This document shows positions 10,164 through 21,283 of a stretch of DNA of 64,000 bases, piece after piece. Numbering within the stretch: the stretch's first letter is position 1; every line of letters starts with the position of its first letter. The DNA is from Dehalococcoidales bacterium (lineage in GTDB: Bacteria; Chloroflexota; Dehalococcoidia; Dehalococcoidales; Fen-1064): contig CP070842.1 of the NCBI GenBank assembly GCA_020342155.1, forward strand, positions 1,172,594-1,236,593, written 5' to 3'. Under the pieces are notes generated by a model. The model worked only from the letters and a program-made list of their open reading frames with translations. It did not search any database and was not told where the DNA came from. A program made the position numbers and the translations under genes.

Positions 10164-10239
10164 TGGTGGAGCTGGGGGGATTCGAACCCCCTACCTATTG
10201 AATGCCATTCAATCGCTCTCCCAATTGAGCTACAGCCCC
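10164..10239 (-). tRNA. tRNA-Ala (anticodon GGC), CCA encoded
   Basis: Cloverleaf folded by hand: GGGGCTG/TA/GCTC/AATTGGGA/GAGC/G/ATTGA/ATGGCAT/TCAAT/AGGTA/GGGGG/TTCGAAT/CCCCC/CAGCTCC/ACCA. The G3:U70 alanine identity pair is present. Confidence 0.95.
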
Positions 10240-10257
10240 GTAGGAATATTCTAACAC

Positions 10258-12708
10258 TCAGGCACTGGCTTTGGCCACCTTTACGTTGAAAGTCAGCTGC
10301 TCATCTTGCAGGTCAACCATAACGGTATCACCGTCTTTGAACTCACCACCGAGTACCTTACTCGACAGCGGATTCTCCACGTAGCGTTCAATGGCCCGTC
10401 TCAGCGGCCGTGCCCCGTACTGTGGGTCGTAACCGGCTTTGGCCAGCCATGACTTGGCTTCATCGGTCAGTTCCAGGTCCAGCTTACGCTCGACCAGACG
10501 CTGCTGCAGGTCCTTGACCATCAGCTCGACAATCTGTCGCAGTTGCTCCTCGGTTAGTTCATGGAAGACAATAATCTCATCCAGCCGGTTAAGGAACTCG
10601 GGACGGAAGGTCTTCCTGACCTCGTTCATTACCTTCTCTTTCATGTCCTCGTAGCCCTGCTTCTGGGCAGCGGCACCACCCTTTCGGCCAGTGAACCCAA
10701 TGGCAGCCTCGCGCTTGATGAGCTCGACTCCTACATTGCTCGTCATAATAATCACGGTGTTCTTGAAGTCCACCGTCCGGCCGTGGCCGTCGGTCAGCCG
10801 GCCGTCATCAAGGAGCTGAAGCATGGTGTTAAATACCTCTGGATGCGCCTTCTCGATTTCATCAAGAAGGATTACACGATAGGGACGCCTTCTCACTGCT
10901 TCGGTGAGTTGTCCGCCCTCCTCGTAACCGATATAGCCCGGTGGCGCCCCGATGAGGCGTGATACCGTGTGCCTCTCCTGATACTCCGACATATCCAGAC
11001 GAACCATAGAATTCTCGTCGTCAAACATAAACTGGGCCAGGGCACGAGCCAGCTCGGTCTTACCGACGCCGGTCGGACCGAGGAAGACGAAACTGCCAAT
11101 CGGCCGTCTCGGGTCTTTCAACCCCGCCCGACTCCTCCGTATTGCTTCGGAGATGGCAGTAACGGCTTCCTCCTGATCTACCAATCGCTCATGGATGCGC
11201 TCCTCCATGTGAAGCAGCTTCTCCGCCTCTCCCTCCAGCATCTGTGAAACGGGTATTCCGGTCCATTTGGAGATAAGCTCGGCAATATCATTCTCAGTCA
11301 CTTCCCCGCTGATTTTCTCCTGCTGGAGCCAGTTGTCCTTGGCCGTGTTATATTCATCCTCAAGGCGAATCCGTTCGGCCTTAAGCCGGGCAGTGTTCTC
11401 ATAGTCCTCCCGCTGAGAAGCGGCTTCCTCCTCATTGGTCAACTGATGCACTTGCTTCTCTAGAGACTTGACCTCAGGTGGAGCGCTTTCCGTATCAATG
11501 CGCAGCTTGCTGGCAGCCTCATCAATGAGGTCAATCGCCTTGTCCGGTAGAAACCTGTCAGAGACATAACGCTGGCTTAGCTGGGCCGCCGCCTCCAGTG
11601 CTTCATCGGTTATCTTTACTTTGTGGTGAGCTTCGTACCTCGGACGTAACCCATGAAGCATTTCAATCGTGGCCTCAACAGTTGGCTCACCAAGGAAGAC
11701 CGGCTGTAAACGCCGCTCCAGGGCTTTGTCTTTCTCAATGAACTGCCGATATTCATTCAAAGTGGTGGCACCGATACACTGCAATTCGCCATGAGCCAGC
11801 GCCGGCTTAAGCATGTTGCTGGCATCGATTGCCCCCTCAGCGGCACCAGCGCCAACCACGGTGTGAATCTCATCAATAAACAGTATAATCTCACCCTGTC
11901 CCTGCCGAACCTCATCCATGACGGCCTTAAGTCTTTCCTCAAACTCACCTCGGAACTTGGTGCCAGCTACCATCGCCCCCATGTCCAGAGCCACCACCCT
12001 GTGCCCCTTGAGAGAATTCGGCACGTCATCGGCAGCAATCTTCTGTGCCAGCCCTTCGGCAATAGCAGTCTTGCCTACCCCAGCCTCACCAATAATCACC
12101 GGGTTATTCTTGGTGCGCCGGGAGAGTATCTGTGTCACCCGCTTTATCTCATCTTCCCGGCCAATAACCGGGTCGAGCTTGCCCTGTCGAGCCAGCTCGG
12201 TGAGGTCTCGGCCATACTTTTCCAGAGAACGGTACTTGCTCTCCGCCCGAGCATCGGTAACGCGATGCCCGCCCCGCAGCTTCTGTAAAGCAGAATAAAC
12301 CTTCTCCCGGTCAATCCCGTAACTGTGCAGGATGGCAGCTGTTTCTCCCTTTTCTTCACCGGCCATGGCAATTAGTAAGTGCTCTGTACCGATAAACTCG
12401 TCCTGAAGCCGTCTTGACTCAGCTTCAGCAGTAGAGAAGAGGGCACCGATCCGCGGTGTCGCGTATATCTGGGATACCTCGTAAGTAACCTTAGGCATTC
12501 CCTCAAGGACAGTCATAACCTGTAGTTCCACGGCAGCAGCATCAACACCCAGTTCACGAAGAATATCCCCGACCAAGCCCTTCTCCTGACGGAGCAGGAC
12601 CAGGAAAATATGCTCCACATCCCACTGGTTGTGCCGAAATTGCGCCACTAGCTGCTGTGAAGTAGTTATTGCCTCCCATGCCTGTTCTGTAAATCGCTCT
12701 TGCCTCAT
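10258..12708 (-). CDS. clpC: ATP-dependent Clp protease ATP-binding subunit ClpC
   Basis: 816 aa. Double Clp_N, two AAA+ modules ([16 protein letters not shown]), a short UVR-like middle domain and an IGF ClpP-docking tripeptide (AAIGFTG). Confidence 0.93.
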   Translation of the reverse strand: MRQERFTEQAWEAITTSQQLVAQFRHNQWDVEHIFLVLLRQEKGLVGDILRELGVDAAAVELQVMTVLEGMPKVTYEVSQIYATPRIGALFSTAEAESRRLQDEFIGTEHLLIAMAGEEKGETAAILHSYGIDREKVYSALQKLRGGHRVTDARAESKYRSLEKYGRDLTELARQGKLDPVIGREDEIKRVTQILSRRTKNNPVIIGEAGVGKTAIAEGLAQKIAADDVPNSLKGHRVVALDMGAMVAGTKFRGEFEERLKAVMDEVRQGQGEIILFIDEIHTVVGAGAAEGAIDASNMLKPALAHGELQCIGATTLNEYRQFIEKDKALERRLQPVFLGEPTVEATIEMLHGLRPRYEAHHKVKITDEALEAAAQLSQRYVSDRFLPDKAIDLIDEAASKLRIDTESAPPEVKSLEKQVHQLTNEEEAASQREDYENTARLKAERIRLEDEYNTAKDNWLQQEKISGEVTENDIAELISKWTGIPVSQMLEGEAEKLLHMEERIHERLVDQEEAVTAISEAIRRSRAGLKDPRRPIGSFVFLGPTGVGKTELARALAQFMFDDENSMVRLDMSEYQERHTVSRLIGAPPGYIGYEEGGQLTEAVRRRPYRVILLDEIEKAHPEVFNTMLQLLDDGRLTDGHGRTVDFKNTVIIMTSNVGVELIKREAAIGFTGRKGGAAAQKQGYEDMKEKVMNEVRKTFRPEFLNRLDEIIVFHELTEEQLRQIVELMVKDLQQRLVERKLDLELTDEAKSWLAKAGYDPQYGARPLRRAIERYVENPLSSKVLGGEFKDGDTVMVDLQDEQLTFNVKVAKASA

Positions 12709-12725
12709 CGTAAACCTCCCTCGGT

Positions 12726-13517
12726 TTACTCCTGATCACTACCAAAATTGGCCTTCAGGAAATCAACTATCTGCCGCTGGACCTCAGGATACTCCCAGCT
12801 ATAGTCATGTCCTGGTGCATTAATACAGTAAGTAAATTTCTTCGGTCTGCCTCGCAACCGAGACTCAGCCCACCGGTATGGGGCCGTGATATATGATTTG
12901 AATCCCCTCCACAGATCACGGTTACACATGGGGTCGGACATCAACCCATTACTATCAATCGCCAGCGTTCTCCCTGTAATTAGGCGACGTTTCATGTGCG
13001 GGAAAAATATACCCAACTCAATGCTGTAGACCTGCGGGGAATCATCCAGTTCGCGTATTACAGCATTGCTGAAGGCAGCCCCTTGACTAGCTCCAATCAA
13101 TACTACCTTTAAGTCACGAAGATGGTCGGTGAGAAATCCCAACATGGCTGCCAGTATCCTCGCTTGCAGGGACTCTCCCTTAAAAAAGAAAAGCGTTTCT
13201 TTTTTAATATCCTGCATGTGCCGCCAGAAATTATCACCGCTCCGGAAATACTGGACTAGAGTCCAGGTCCGCTTCAGTTCATCCATGGTGTTGGTGACAC
13301 CGGTGACGATGCTTCTTTCCCAATCCAGACAGTCCTTAAGAACTGTATTCCCCCAGCCCCCAGGGTTATGAATCAAGAGGAATTCTTTATCCCGAGCCTG
13401 ACTGAGAGTATCCCGTAGCCAATTTACGAACTGGCTACGTTTTTTATCGTCGCGCGCCAGAAACCGCCCGGCGAGGCGGTCAATCTCTCCCTGCAAAACC
13501 GCTTCATCACTGACCAT
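12726..13517 (-). CDS. Hypothetical protein, possibly alpha/beta-hydrolase-like
   Basis: 263 aa. GASQG nucleophile-elbow-like motif after a beta-strand-like VVLI. Lies 18 nt upstream of clpC. Confidence 0.7.
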   Translation of the reverse strand: MVSDEAVLQGEIDRLAGRFLARDDKKRSQFVNWLRDTLSQARDKEFLLIHNPGGWGNTVLKDCLDWERSIVTGVTNTMDELKRTWTLVQYFRSGDNFWRHMQDIKKETLFFFKGESLQARILAAMLGFLTDHLRDLKVVLIGASQGAAFSNAVIRELDDSPQVYSIELGIFFPHMKRRLITGRTLAIDSNGLMSDPMCNRDLWRGFKSYITAPYRWAESRLRGRPKKFTYCINAPGHDYSWEYPEVQRQIVDFLKANFGSDQE

Positions 13518-13531
13518 GTTCAGTTACCCTT

Positions 13532-14080
13532 TCAACCGTGGCATACCTCTTCGCTACCAGATACACCCCTCTGCTTGAGATACGTCTTGTCTCCCTTCTG
13601 CCATACCCAGAGGTGGTGTTCGGGTATTACCCAAGCAGCGATAGACTGCCGGTATGGATAGACAATAAAAACCGCTTCGGCCACCCGGTTGAGTTCATCC
13701 AGCGCCCGCACAGCATCCTCAGTGGTCAGCATATGCTCCAGGAGGTGGCTGACAAAAGCCGCCCCGAAGGTATTATCCGAGAAAGGGATATGGGTCACAC
13801 TACCAACCACCGCACACGGATGACCATAAACCGCACGGTGGTCAATGTCAAGGCAAACGTCACCGCCACCGTGAGCCGGTTTGTTGAACCAGCGACGGGC
13901 CGGCTTCACGCCCCACGGGCTAGGGACTACCAGCAGTGGCTTGGCCCTCTCCCGGGCATAACTATTGGCCGCCCGGTATTTCCGGTTCTTGTCCTGAATC
14001 TCAATCATCCATATAACAAGCTGCCAGATGCCTATGGCTGCCAGTATCGCCAAGACTACATACAGGGCTACATGCACCAC
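13532..14080 (-). CDS. Membrane-anchored protein with a class I SAM-methyltransferase-like segment
   Basis: 182 aa with an N-terminal TM helix. IPFSDNTFGAAFVSHLLEHM resembles the Methyltransf_11 post-II motif, but motif I is poor. Confidence 0.6.
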   Translation of the reverse strand: MVHVALYVVLAILAAIGIWQLVIWMIEIQDKNRKYRAANSYARERAKPLLVVPSPWGVKPARRWFNKPAHGGGDVCLDIDHRAVYGHPCAVVGSVTHIPFSDNTFGAAFVSHLLEHMLTTEDAVRALDELNRVAEAVFIVYPYRQSIAAWVIPEHHLWVWQKGDKTYLKQRGVSGSEEVCHG

Positions 14081-14096
14081 CTTGCCTCCTCCATCT

Positions 14097-14723
14097 TCAC
14101 ACTCCTATCCAAGAGAACAGAGAATTGAATCCAAAATAGCCACAAAAGGCAATCACCAGACTTTTAAGGCCGGTACCCAGGAAGGAAAAAAGTAAGAACT
14201 TGTAGGGAGGATAACGGAGGGCAGCGATGGCAATTGTCATCGGAAGGTGGATAGGATTGGGTATAAAGGACATGAGAAAGACAGCCAGCGAGCCGTGCCG
14301 CTCCGCGAACCTTATTCCCCGATCATAGAAACGGCTACTGAATTTACTGGTAATCTTCTCAGAAAAAGTCCGGCCTCCATAGCCAATCATGAAAGTAATG
14401 AACTGCCCTACGGTGGCACCCAGGCCCGCGAGTAAACCGACCCACACCGGCGATAGCACACCGTAGTCATCAACGATAAGACCCGGTAGAGTGAATACCA
14501 GCAGCCAATATGGGACTGGAATGGCGGTTACGCTGAAGGTACTGCCAGCAATAAAGGAGACTATCAGTACACCCAGCAGACCAAATCTGGCCAGGTAGTC
14601 TGTGTTCGTCAGCTCATCTTTGTATAATACAGCGGCAACACAGAGGCCAGCGGTAGCCACGATAGCCAGGGCACCCAGCCCCAGTTCCTTCTTAGACCAA
14701 TGCCGCTTGACCTCTTCTTCCAT
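14097..14723 (-). CDS. DedA/TVP38 (VTT-domain) family membrane protein
   Basis: 208 aa, polytopic. ERHGSLAVFLMSFIPNPIHLPMTIAIAAL matches the VTT pattern. Confidence 0.7.
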   Translation of the reverse strand: MEEEVKRHWSKKELGLGALAIVATAGLCVAAVLYKDELTNTDYLARFGLLGVLIVSFIAGSTFSVTAIPVPYWLLVFTLPGLIVDDYGVLSPVWVGLLAGLGATVGQFITFMIGYGGRTFSEKITSKFSSRFYDRGIRFAERHGSLAVFLMSFIPNPIHLPMTIAIAALRYPPYKFLLFSFLGTGLKSLVIAFCGYFGFNSLFSWIGV

Positions 14724-14785
14724 AACTACGGTTTGTCTCCATGCGATGAGCCTGAACGATCTGCTACCCTCACAAAGCAGCCCCT

Positions 14786-14794
14786 ATTATAGCA
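14786..14794 (-). promoter_or_regulatory. Extended -10 element (TGCTATAAT on the minus strand)
   Basis: Plus-strand ATTATAGCA, about 63 nt upstream of the DedA-like start. Confidence 0.35.
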
Positions 14795-14884
14795 AGAATA
14801 TCCCAACGAGCACAATATGTCATCTGGCACGGTAGATGTGATGGTATTGGGAGTGGAAGGTATCCAGAGACCAGAGGCGAGTGT

Positions 14885-15499
14885 CTACGGTTTCTCGTCT
14901 TGGGGGACGTCGGCCAAGATATCGAGGAGCTGCTTAAGTATGCGCGCGGTAGCTCCCCAGATTACTTTGTCCTGATAATGGTAGTAGTACTGGTCAATCT
15001 CCTCGCCTTCGAGGATATCCTTATCCCGCCGAACATTGCTCTCATCGAGGAGCGTCGAGATAGGGACTTCGATAATCCCCTCCGTCTCCCACTCATCCAC
15101 TTTAAACTGATAAGGCCACGGTATCCCGGCAACGAAGGGAGATATCACATAATTGGAACCGATTGTACGGTAATCATCGAGCTCTCCAAGCACCTCGACA
15201 TCCTCCGCCATTATCCCAACTTCTTCAGTAGATTCTCGAAGTGCGGTCTGGAGCAGATTTTCATCCCCTTCCTCGTAGGCCCCACCCGGGAAGGATATCT
15301 GGCCCTTGTGGTCTCTCACGCGGTCAGTCCTCTGGATAAAAAGAATATGGGGCTGCCCATGTTTTCGGTATATCGGTATCAGCACTGCCGATGACACCCG
15401 GTGGGGGTCGGAGATATGAAGTTTCTGCCTCCGGGTGAGGGCTTGCCTCAGTTTCTGCTCCATGCCTTCTATACTAGCACCACCAGCCAATCGAGACAA
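14885..15499 (-). CDS. Nudix hydrolase, CoA pyrophosphatase type
   Basis: Nudix box GGAYEEGDENLLQTALRESTEEVGI, preceded by the CoA-pyrophosphatase-type motif LFIQRTDRVRDHKGQISFPGG. Confidence 0.85.
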   Translation of the reverse strand: MSRLAGGASIEGMEQKLRQALTRRQKLHISDPHRVSSAVLIPIYRKHGQPHILFIQRTDRVRDHKGQISFPGGAYEEGDENLLQTALRESTEEVGIMAEDVEVLGELDDYRTIGSNYVISPFVAGIPWPYQFKVDEWETEGIIEVPISTLLDESNVRRDKDILEGEEIDQYYYHYQDKVIWGATARILKQLLDILADVPQDEKP

Positions 15500-15568
15500 A
15501 TAGGACGGTAGCCCTTAGTGGAGAGTCGTGCGTTAACAGCGAATGTGAAAGCTAATCACACATAATAC

Positions 15569-15598
15569 TTGACAATTTCACATTTATCCTTTTATAAT
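15569..15598 (+). promoter_or_regulatory. Candidate sigma70-type promoter for pyrG
   Basis: TTGACA (15569-15574), an 18-nt spacer, then TATAAT (15593-15598). Confidence 0.45.
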
Positions 15599-15682
15599 CA
15601 AAAAGACTTGTTGTGGCTCCACGTGCCCCGCATATATTCCTAATGCAAGGTTGCTTCTTTACCCGACATTTTATTTCCCTGT

Positions 15683-17314
15683 ATGTCAAAGTACATCTTT
15701 GTAACTGGTGGTGTAGTTAGTGCTGTAGGTAAGGGCATCACTGTCGCTTCAATCGGCACCCTCCTCAAGAGTCGTCAGGTTACCGTGACCATACAAAAGC
15801 TTGACCCCTATCTTAATGTTGACCCCGGAACGATGTCACCCTACCAACACGGCGAGGTATTCGTCACCCAGGATGGCGCCGAGACCGACCTTGATCTGGG
15901 TAACTACGAGCGGTTTGTCGATATCAATACAACCGCCGACTCCAATGTTACTTCGGGCCAGATATATAGTGCCGTAATTGCCAAGGAAAGGCGCGGCGGT
16001 TTCCTCGGCGGTACCATCCAGGTGGTACCTCATGTCACCGGTGCCATCAAGGAGCAGTTCATGCGGCTGGCGGAGCAGTCCCAGGCAGACGTGGTCATTA
16101 TCGAGGTTGGGGGTACGGTCGGCGATATCGAGGGGCAGCCTTTCCTTGAGGCTATCCGACAGATGAGAAACGATGTCGGCCGTGACAATGTTCTCTATGT
16201 CCACGTCACCCTGCTGCCTTACCTCAACTCTACCAAGGAGTTAAAGACGAAACCGACACAACACAGTGTTAACGAACTCCGACGTATCGGTATCCAGCCG
16301 GACATCATCATATGCCGTGCCGACCTACCGATACCGGAAGGGATCAGGGACAAGATATCCCTCTTCTGCGATGTCGAACGGGAGGCTGTCATCCCTCTGC
16401 CGACAGTTTCCACCATATATAAAGTGCCGCTGCACCTAGAAGAAGAAGGGCTAGGGCAACTGGTCGTCAACAAGCTGTGTATTGAAGCACAGCCGGCCGA
16501 CCTGAGTCAGTGGCAGGAACTGGTCAATCGCCTCAACGAGCCCCATGAACCGGTGAATATCGCCCTGGTAGGTAAATATATCGGGTTACAGGATTCTTAT
16601 TTTTCCGTGCGCGAGGCACTGCACCATGCTGCTCTGTTCCATAACAGGGACCTCAATCTCTCCTGGGTCCATTCCGAGGAACTGGAAGAGGATAATGTCC
16701 AGACGGCTTTGCGGTCCGCTCAGGGCATTATTATCCCCGGTGGCTTCGGTGTCAGGGGTATAGAAGGTATGATAAAGGCCGCCAACTACGCCCGAACTAA
16801 TGATATCCCCTACCTGGGACTGTGTCTGGGGCTGCAGGTCATGGTGATTGAGTTTGCCCGCTACGTCTTTGACTCAGACGGGCCGAACTCCACGGAATTT
16901 GATGAAACCACCCCTTACCCGGTTATTGACCTGATGCCGGACCAGAATATGGAGAAAATGGGCGGGACGATGCGCCTCGGTAACTACCCCTGCCAACTGG
17001 TCGACCACAGTCGTGCCGCTAAGGCTTACGGCCAGTGCCTGGTTCAGGAACGTCATCGACACCGTTACGAATTCAACAACAGTTTTCGCGCCCCGCTACA
17101 AGAAAAGGGAATGGTCTTCAGTGGGCTGTCGCCAGACAATAGGCTGGTGGAAATCTGCGAACTAGCCGACCACCCTTGGATGGTCAGTTGCCAGTTCCAT
17201 CCCGAGTTCGGTTCCCGGCCCAATCGACCCCATCCCCTGTTTCGTGATTTCGTTGGTACTGCCAAAGACGTACTACGGGAGGGGGCTCAGCCATCGCTGT
17301 CCCTTTCACAGTAA
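15683..17314 (+). CDS. pyrG: CTP synthase
   Basis: 543 aa. [20 protein letters not shown]-terminus and a GATase C-terminal domain ([15 protein letters not shown]). Confidence 0.97.
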   Translation: MSKYIFVTGGVVSAVGKGITVASIGTLLKSRQVTVTIQKLDPYLNVDPGTMSPYQHGEVFVTQDGAETDLDLGNYERFVDINTTADSNVTSGQIYSAVIAKERRGGFLGGTIQVVPHVTGAIKEQFMRLAEQSQADVVIIEVGGTVGDIEGQPFLEAIRQMRNDVGRDNVLYVHVTLLPYLNSTKELKTKPTQHSVNELRRIGIQPDIIICRADLPIPEGIRDKISLFCDVEREAVIPLPTVSTIYKVPLHLEEEGLGQLVVNKLCIEAQPADLSQWQELVNRLNEPHEPVNIALVGKYIGLQDSYFSVREALHHAALFHNRDLNLSWVHSEELEEDNVQTALRSAQGIIIPGGFGVRGIEGMIKAANYARTNDIPYLGLCLGLQVMVIEFARYVFDSDGPNSTEFDETTPYPVIDLMPDQNMEKMGGTMRLGNYPCQLVDHSRAAKAYGQCLVQERHRHRYEFNNSFRAPLQEKGMVFSGLSPDNRLVEICELADHPWMVSCQFHPEFGSRPNRPHPLFRDFVGTAKDVLREGAQPSLSLSQ

Positions 17315-17355
17315 TACTCAAAAGGACAAGTTAATACGTTCAGGTGAAAACGCAA

Positions 17356-18006
17356 ATGCGCATCTTTCTAGATACAGCTAACATCAGCGAGATACGGAAA
17401 GCAGTCAGTCTGGGTATAATCAGTGGTGTTACCACCAACCCCAGCCTCGTGTCAAAGGAAGCTACGGCGGATTATGAAACGGTTATCAAGACCATCTGCT
17501 CCATCGTCAGCGGGTCTGTTTCCGCCGAGGTTCTGGCCGAAGATACTGATTCCATGATTGAGGAAGCCCGTGTCAAGGCATCCTGGGCACCCAACGTGAC
17601 CATCAAGATACCAGTCACAGCCGCCGGGCTAAAGGCAACGTCAGTTCTGAGTAAGGAAAAGGTAGACATCAATATGACACTCTGCTTCTCGGTGAACCAG
17701 GCGCTGCTGGCCGCTCTTGCCGGGGCCGCCTATGTCAGCCCGTTTGTCGGCAGACTGGACGATGTCGGCCATGACGGTATGCAACTGGTACAAGAAATAG
17801 TTGAAATCTACAACCACTATGAGTTTAGCACCAAGGTAATCGCCGCCAGCATCCGCCACCCCCTACACTGTGTGGTAGCTGCCAAAGCGGGGGCACACAT
17901 TGCCACGGTACCATACAGCGTATTAATGCAGATGATACGGCACCCGCTGACCGATGTTGGCATCGAGCGCTTTCTCAGTGACTGGCGGAGCGTTTCGGGA
18001 CAATGA
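17356..18006 (+). CDS. tal: Short transaldolase / fructose-6-phosphate aldolase family protein
   Basis: [14 protein letters not shown]...[11 protein letters not shown] 17356 is preferred over the track's GTG 17344. Confidence 0.9.
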   Translation: MRIFLDTANISEIRKAVSLGIISGVTTNPSLVSKEATADYETVIKTICSIVSGSVSAEVLAEDTDSMIEEARVKASWAPNVTIKIPVTAAGLKATSVLSKEKVDINMTLCFSVNQALLAALAGAAYVSPFVGRLDDVGHDGMQLVQEIVEIYNHYEFSTKVIAASIRHPLHCVVAAKAGAHIATVPYSVLMQMIRHPLTDVGIERFLSDWRSVSGQ

Positions 18007-19331
18007 ACATACAAGAAAACCCCGAGGAGGGACAGGCAGCATCAACGACAAGGGAGACTACGAGAATGGACATTACCCAACTGGAAACAAAAAGTATAGA
18101 AGAATTGACAGAGCTGGCCAAAGAAATGGAACTCTCTGACTACTCAGAGCTCAGCAAGCAGGACCTCACCATGCGGCTCCTCCAGGCGGAAGCCGAGCAG
18201 CAAGGTAATATCTTCTGCAGTGGCATCCTGGAGATAATGAACGATGGCTACGGATTTCTCCGACAGAGCTCCTTGCTGCCCAGTTCCTCCGACATCTATG
18301 TTTCGCAGTCTCAGATAAGGCGTTTCGGTCTGCGCGTTGGCGACATGGTAGCCGGGCAGGGCAGACCAGCCCGGGCTGGTGAAAAGTACTACAGTCTGCT
18401 GCGGATAGAAGCGGTCAATGATATCAATCCAGAGCTCGCCAAAGGCCGACCGTATTTCGGTTCACTCACCCCTACTTTCCCCGACCAACTTGTCAATCTT
18501 GAGGTTCCCAAAGATAACCTTTCGACTCGGCTACTCAACTTGATTGCCCCTATCGGTCGCGGACAACGCGGGCTGATTGTTTCCCCACCCAAAGCAGGTA
18601 AGACAATACTACTCAAGTCGATTGCCAACGCCGTCAATACTAACTATGATGACATTCATATCATGGTGTGTCTAATCGGTGAGCGTCCAGAAGAGGTTAC
18701 GGACATGAAGCGTTCGGTCAAGGGCGATGTAATCAGCGCTACCTTTGACGAACCAGTAGAGAACCACACTCGTGTCGCCGAACTGGCCCAGGAAAGAGCC
18801 AAGCGACTGGTGGAGAGCGGACGCGATGTATTCATTCTGCTCGATGGTATTACCCGCCTTACCCGCTCCTACAACCTGGCGATGCCCTCAAGCGGTCGTA
18901 CCCTCTCCGGCGGTATTGACCCGGCAGCACTATATCCCGCCAAACACTTCTTCGGTGCTGCCCGAAATACCGAGGAGAGCGGGAGTCTGACGATACTGGC
19001 CACCTGCCTGGTTGATACCGGCAGCCGGATGGACGACCTCATCTACGAAGAGTTCAAGGGTACCGGCAATATGGAGGTCCACCTCGACCGCCGGCTGGCA
19101 CAGCGCCGCATTTACCCGGCAATCGACATCGAGCTAAGTGGCACCCGACGCGAGGAACTGCTTCTTGAAGAGAATACCCTGAAACAAGTATGGCTCCTGC
19201 GGCGTATGGTGGCCATGATTTCCTCTGACTCGACAAACTTCGTTGAAGGCACCGAACGCTTGCTCGACCGTCTGCGGAAGACCGAAAGTAACGCACAGTT
19301 CCTGGCCAACCTGAGTAAAGACGCCGAATAA
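18003..19331 (+). CDS. rho: Transcription termination factor Rho
   Basis: 442 aa. Rho N-terminal and RNA-binding domains, and an ATPase domain ([15 protein letters not shown]). ATGA overlap with the tal stop. Confidence 0.95.
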   Translation: MNIQENPEEGQAASTTRETTRMDITQLETKSIEELTELAKEMELSDYSELSKQDLTMRLLQAEAEQQGNIFCSGILEIMNDGYGFLRQSSLLPSSSDIYVSQSQIRRFGLRVGDMVAGQGRPARAGEKYYSLLRIEAVNDINPELAKGRPYFGSLTPTFPDQLVNLEVPKDNLSTRLLNLIAPIGRGQRGLIVSPPKAGKTILLKSIANAVNTNYDDIHIMVCLIGERPEEVTDMKRSVKGDVISATFDEPVENHTRVAELAQERAKRLVESGRDVFILLDGITRLTRSYNLAMPSSGRTLSGGIDPAALYPAKHFFGAARNTEESGSLTILATCLVDTGSRMDDLIYEEFKGTGNMEVHLDRRLAQRRIYPAIDIELSGTRREELLLEENTLKQVWLLRRMVAMISSDSTNFVEGTERLLDRLRKTESNAQFLANLSKDAE

Positions 19332-19444
19332 ACAAAGAATCCCTCTGACGGCACCCGAACAACATCAACGTTCCCAGGTGATCCCTTGCCAAAAACCAGA
19401 ATGAGGGGTTAAGCTTGGGGGGACGGTAGTGTTAGGGGGCCGAT

Positions 19445-21280
19445 TTGACGAGTAGCCTGATAACCGAACAGCTTAAGCAGCTACCTGCTAGCCCCGGTGT
19501 CTACCTGATAAAGGACACCGAAGGGAACATCCTTTACGTGGGCAAGGCAACCGACCTAAGCCAGCGGGTGCGGTCGTATTTCAGTCCCGGACAAAACCTC
19601 CCCTACAAGCTCCTGCAGATGGTCGCTAAGGCGCACGACATAGATTTCTACGTCACCAACCTTGACCAAGAAGCTCTTATCCTCGAGCTTAACCTGATAA
19701 AGCAGCACCACCCCCCATACAATGTCCGTCTCAAGGATGACAAGACCTTCCCCTACCTCAAGATTTCACTTAACGAAGAATGGCCCAGAGCATATTTTAC
19801 CCGCCGCCTGGAAGAAGACGGGGGACGCTATTTCGGGCCTTTTGCCAGCGCCAGGTCAGTCCGCCAGACACTCAAAGCACTAAAGAGAATCTTCCCCTTC
19901 CGCTCCTGTTCCAAACCTATCATGGGTACCGACTCCCGGACCTGTCTTGAATACCATATGAACCAGTGTGTCGGGCCCTGCGTTGGTGCCGTAAGCGAGG
20001 AGGAATACGCCGATATTATCAGGCAGGTCATCCTTTTCCTCGAGGGTAAGCAGGAAGTGGTCGTTCGGGAACTGGATAACAGAATGCAGCAGGCCGCCAA
20101 GGCCCTCGAGTTCGAGAAGGCCGCGATAATAAGGGACCAAATCGAGGCGATAAACAATGTAATAGAAGGGCAAAGAATCGCCGATATCACCAGCGATGAG
20201 CAGGACGTTATCGCCTTTGCCCAGAATAGAAATCAGGCCTGTGTCCAGGTCTTCTTTGTCCGGGGCGGCAGGCTGATAGGCCGGGAGAGCTTCACCCTAC
20301 AGGGCACCAGGTCCGAAGAACCTGTACACATTATGTCCAGTTTCGTCAAGCAGTTCTACTCCTCGGCCCCATATATCCCGCCGCTGCTGCTGCTTCAGCA
20401 CCCGGTGGAGGACCAGGCAGCCATCGAGGAATGGCTTCAGGGAAAGCGGGCAGGCCGGGTACGCATCCGGGTACCGCACCGGGGCAACAAAAAGCGGCTG
20501 GTGAGGATAGTCGCTGAAAATGCCGCCCAGGGCCTCCAGCAGATGAAGCTCAAACAACTGGCGGCTCCGGCAGCCCTGACGGCCGCACTAAAAGAGATTG
20601 GAAAAGAGCTACACCTGCCCCACACCCCCTCCCGCCTCGAGGGATATGATATCTCCAACATTCAGGGTAAAGGGGCGGTGGGCAGCATGGTGGTCTTTGA
20701 CCAGGGCAGGCCCAAACCCTCCCTCTACCGGCGTTTTCGCATCAAGACCGTCGAAGGGACAGACGACTACGCCATGCTCCAGGAAGTGCTCCAGCGCCGC
20801 TTCAAGCGGCGCGGCCTTAAGAATAACGAGACCTCAAAAACGGATACGTGGGCAGTCATGCCCGACCTTGTCCTTATCGACGGTGGCAAGGGGCAGCTCA
20901 ACGCCGCCGTTTCGGCAATGGAGGAGGTCGGTGCTAAATCGGTGCCTGTGGCCAGTCTGGCCAAGGAGAACGAAGAGGTCTTTATCCCGCAACGGAAAGA
21001 GTCGATAGTCCTCGCCGCCACCTCCCCCGGTCTCCAGTTACTGCAACGTCTCCGGGACGAGGCGCACCGCTTTGCCCTGGGTTATCACCGGAAGGTCCGC
21101 CGCAAGCAGACCTTTGACTCCTCGCTTGATGCCATTCCCGGCATCGGCCCGAGGCGTAAACGCGCTCTGCTTAGACAGTTCGGTTCGGTGCGCGGCATCC
21201 GCGAGGCCTCCGTGGAAGAACTGGCCACCGCCAGGGGCATGTCACAGGGCCTGGCAAATAAGATAAAGGAGCTTTTGTAG
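19445..21280 (+). CDS. uvrC: Excinuclease ABC subunit C
   Basis: 611 aa. GIY-YIG N-terminus (PGVYLIKDTEGNILYVGKA), UVR domain and a C-terminal HhH2. TTG start. Confidence 0.95.
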   Translation: MTSSLITEQLKQLPASPGVYLIKDTEGNILYVGKATDLSQRVRSYFSPGQNLPYKLLQMVAKAHDIDFYVTNLDQEALILELNLIKQHHPPYNVRLKDDKTFPYLKISLNEEWPRAYFTRRLEEDGGRYFGPFASARSVRQTLKALKRIFPFRSCSKPIMGTDSRTCLEYHMNQCVGPCVGAVSEEEYADIIRQVILFLEGKQEVVVRELDNRMQQAAKALEFEKAAIIRDQIEAINNVIEGQRIADITSDEQDVIAFAQNRNQACVQVFFVRGGRLIGRESFTLQGTRSEEPVHIMSSFVKQFYSSAPYIPPLLLLQHPVEDQAAIEEWLQGKRAGRVRIRVPHRGNKKRLVRIVAENAAQGLQQMKLKQLAAPAALTAALKEIGKELHLPHTPSRLEGYDISNIQGKGAVGSMVVFDQGRPKPSLYRRFRIKTVEGTDDYAMLQEVLQRRFKRRGLKNNETSKTDTWAVMPDLVLIDGGKGQLNAAVSAMEEVGAKSVPVASLAKENEEVFIPQRKESIVLAATSPGLQLLQRLRDEAHRFALGYHRKVRRKQTFDSSLDAIPGIGPRRKRALLRQFGSVRGIREASVEELATARGMSQGLANKIKELL

Positions 21281-21283
21281 GCG

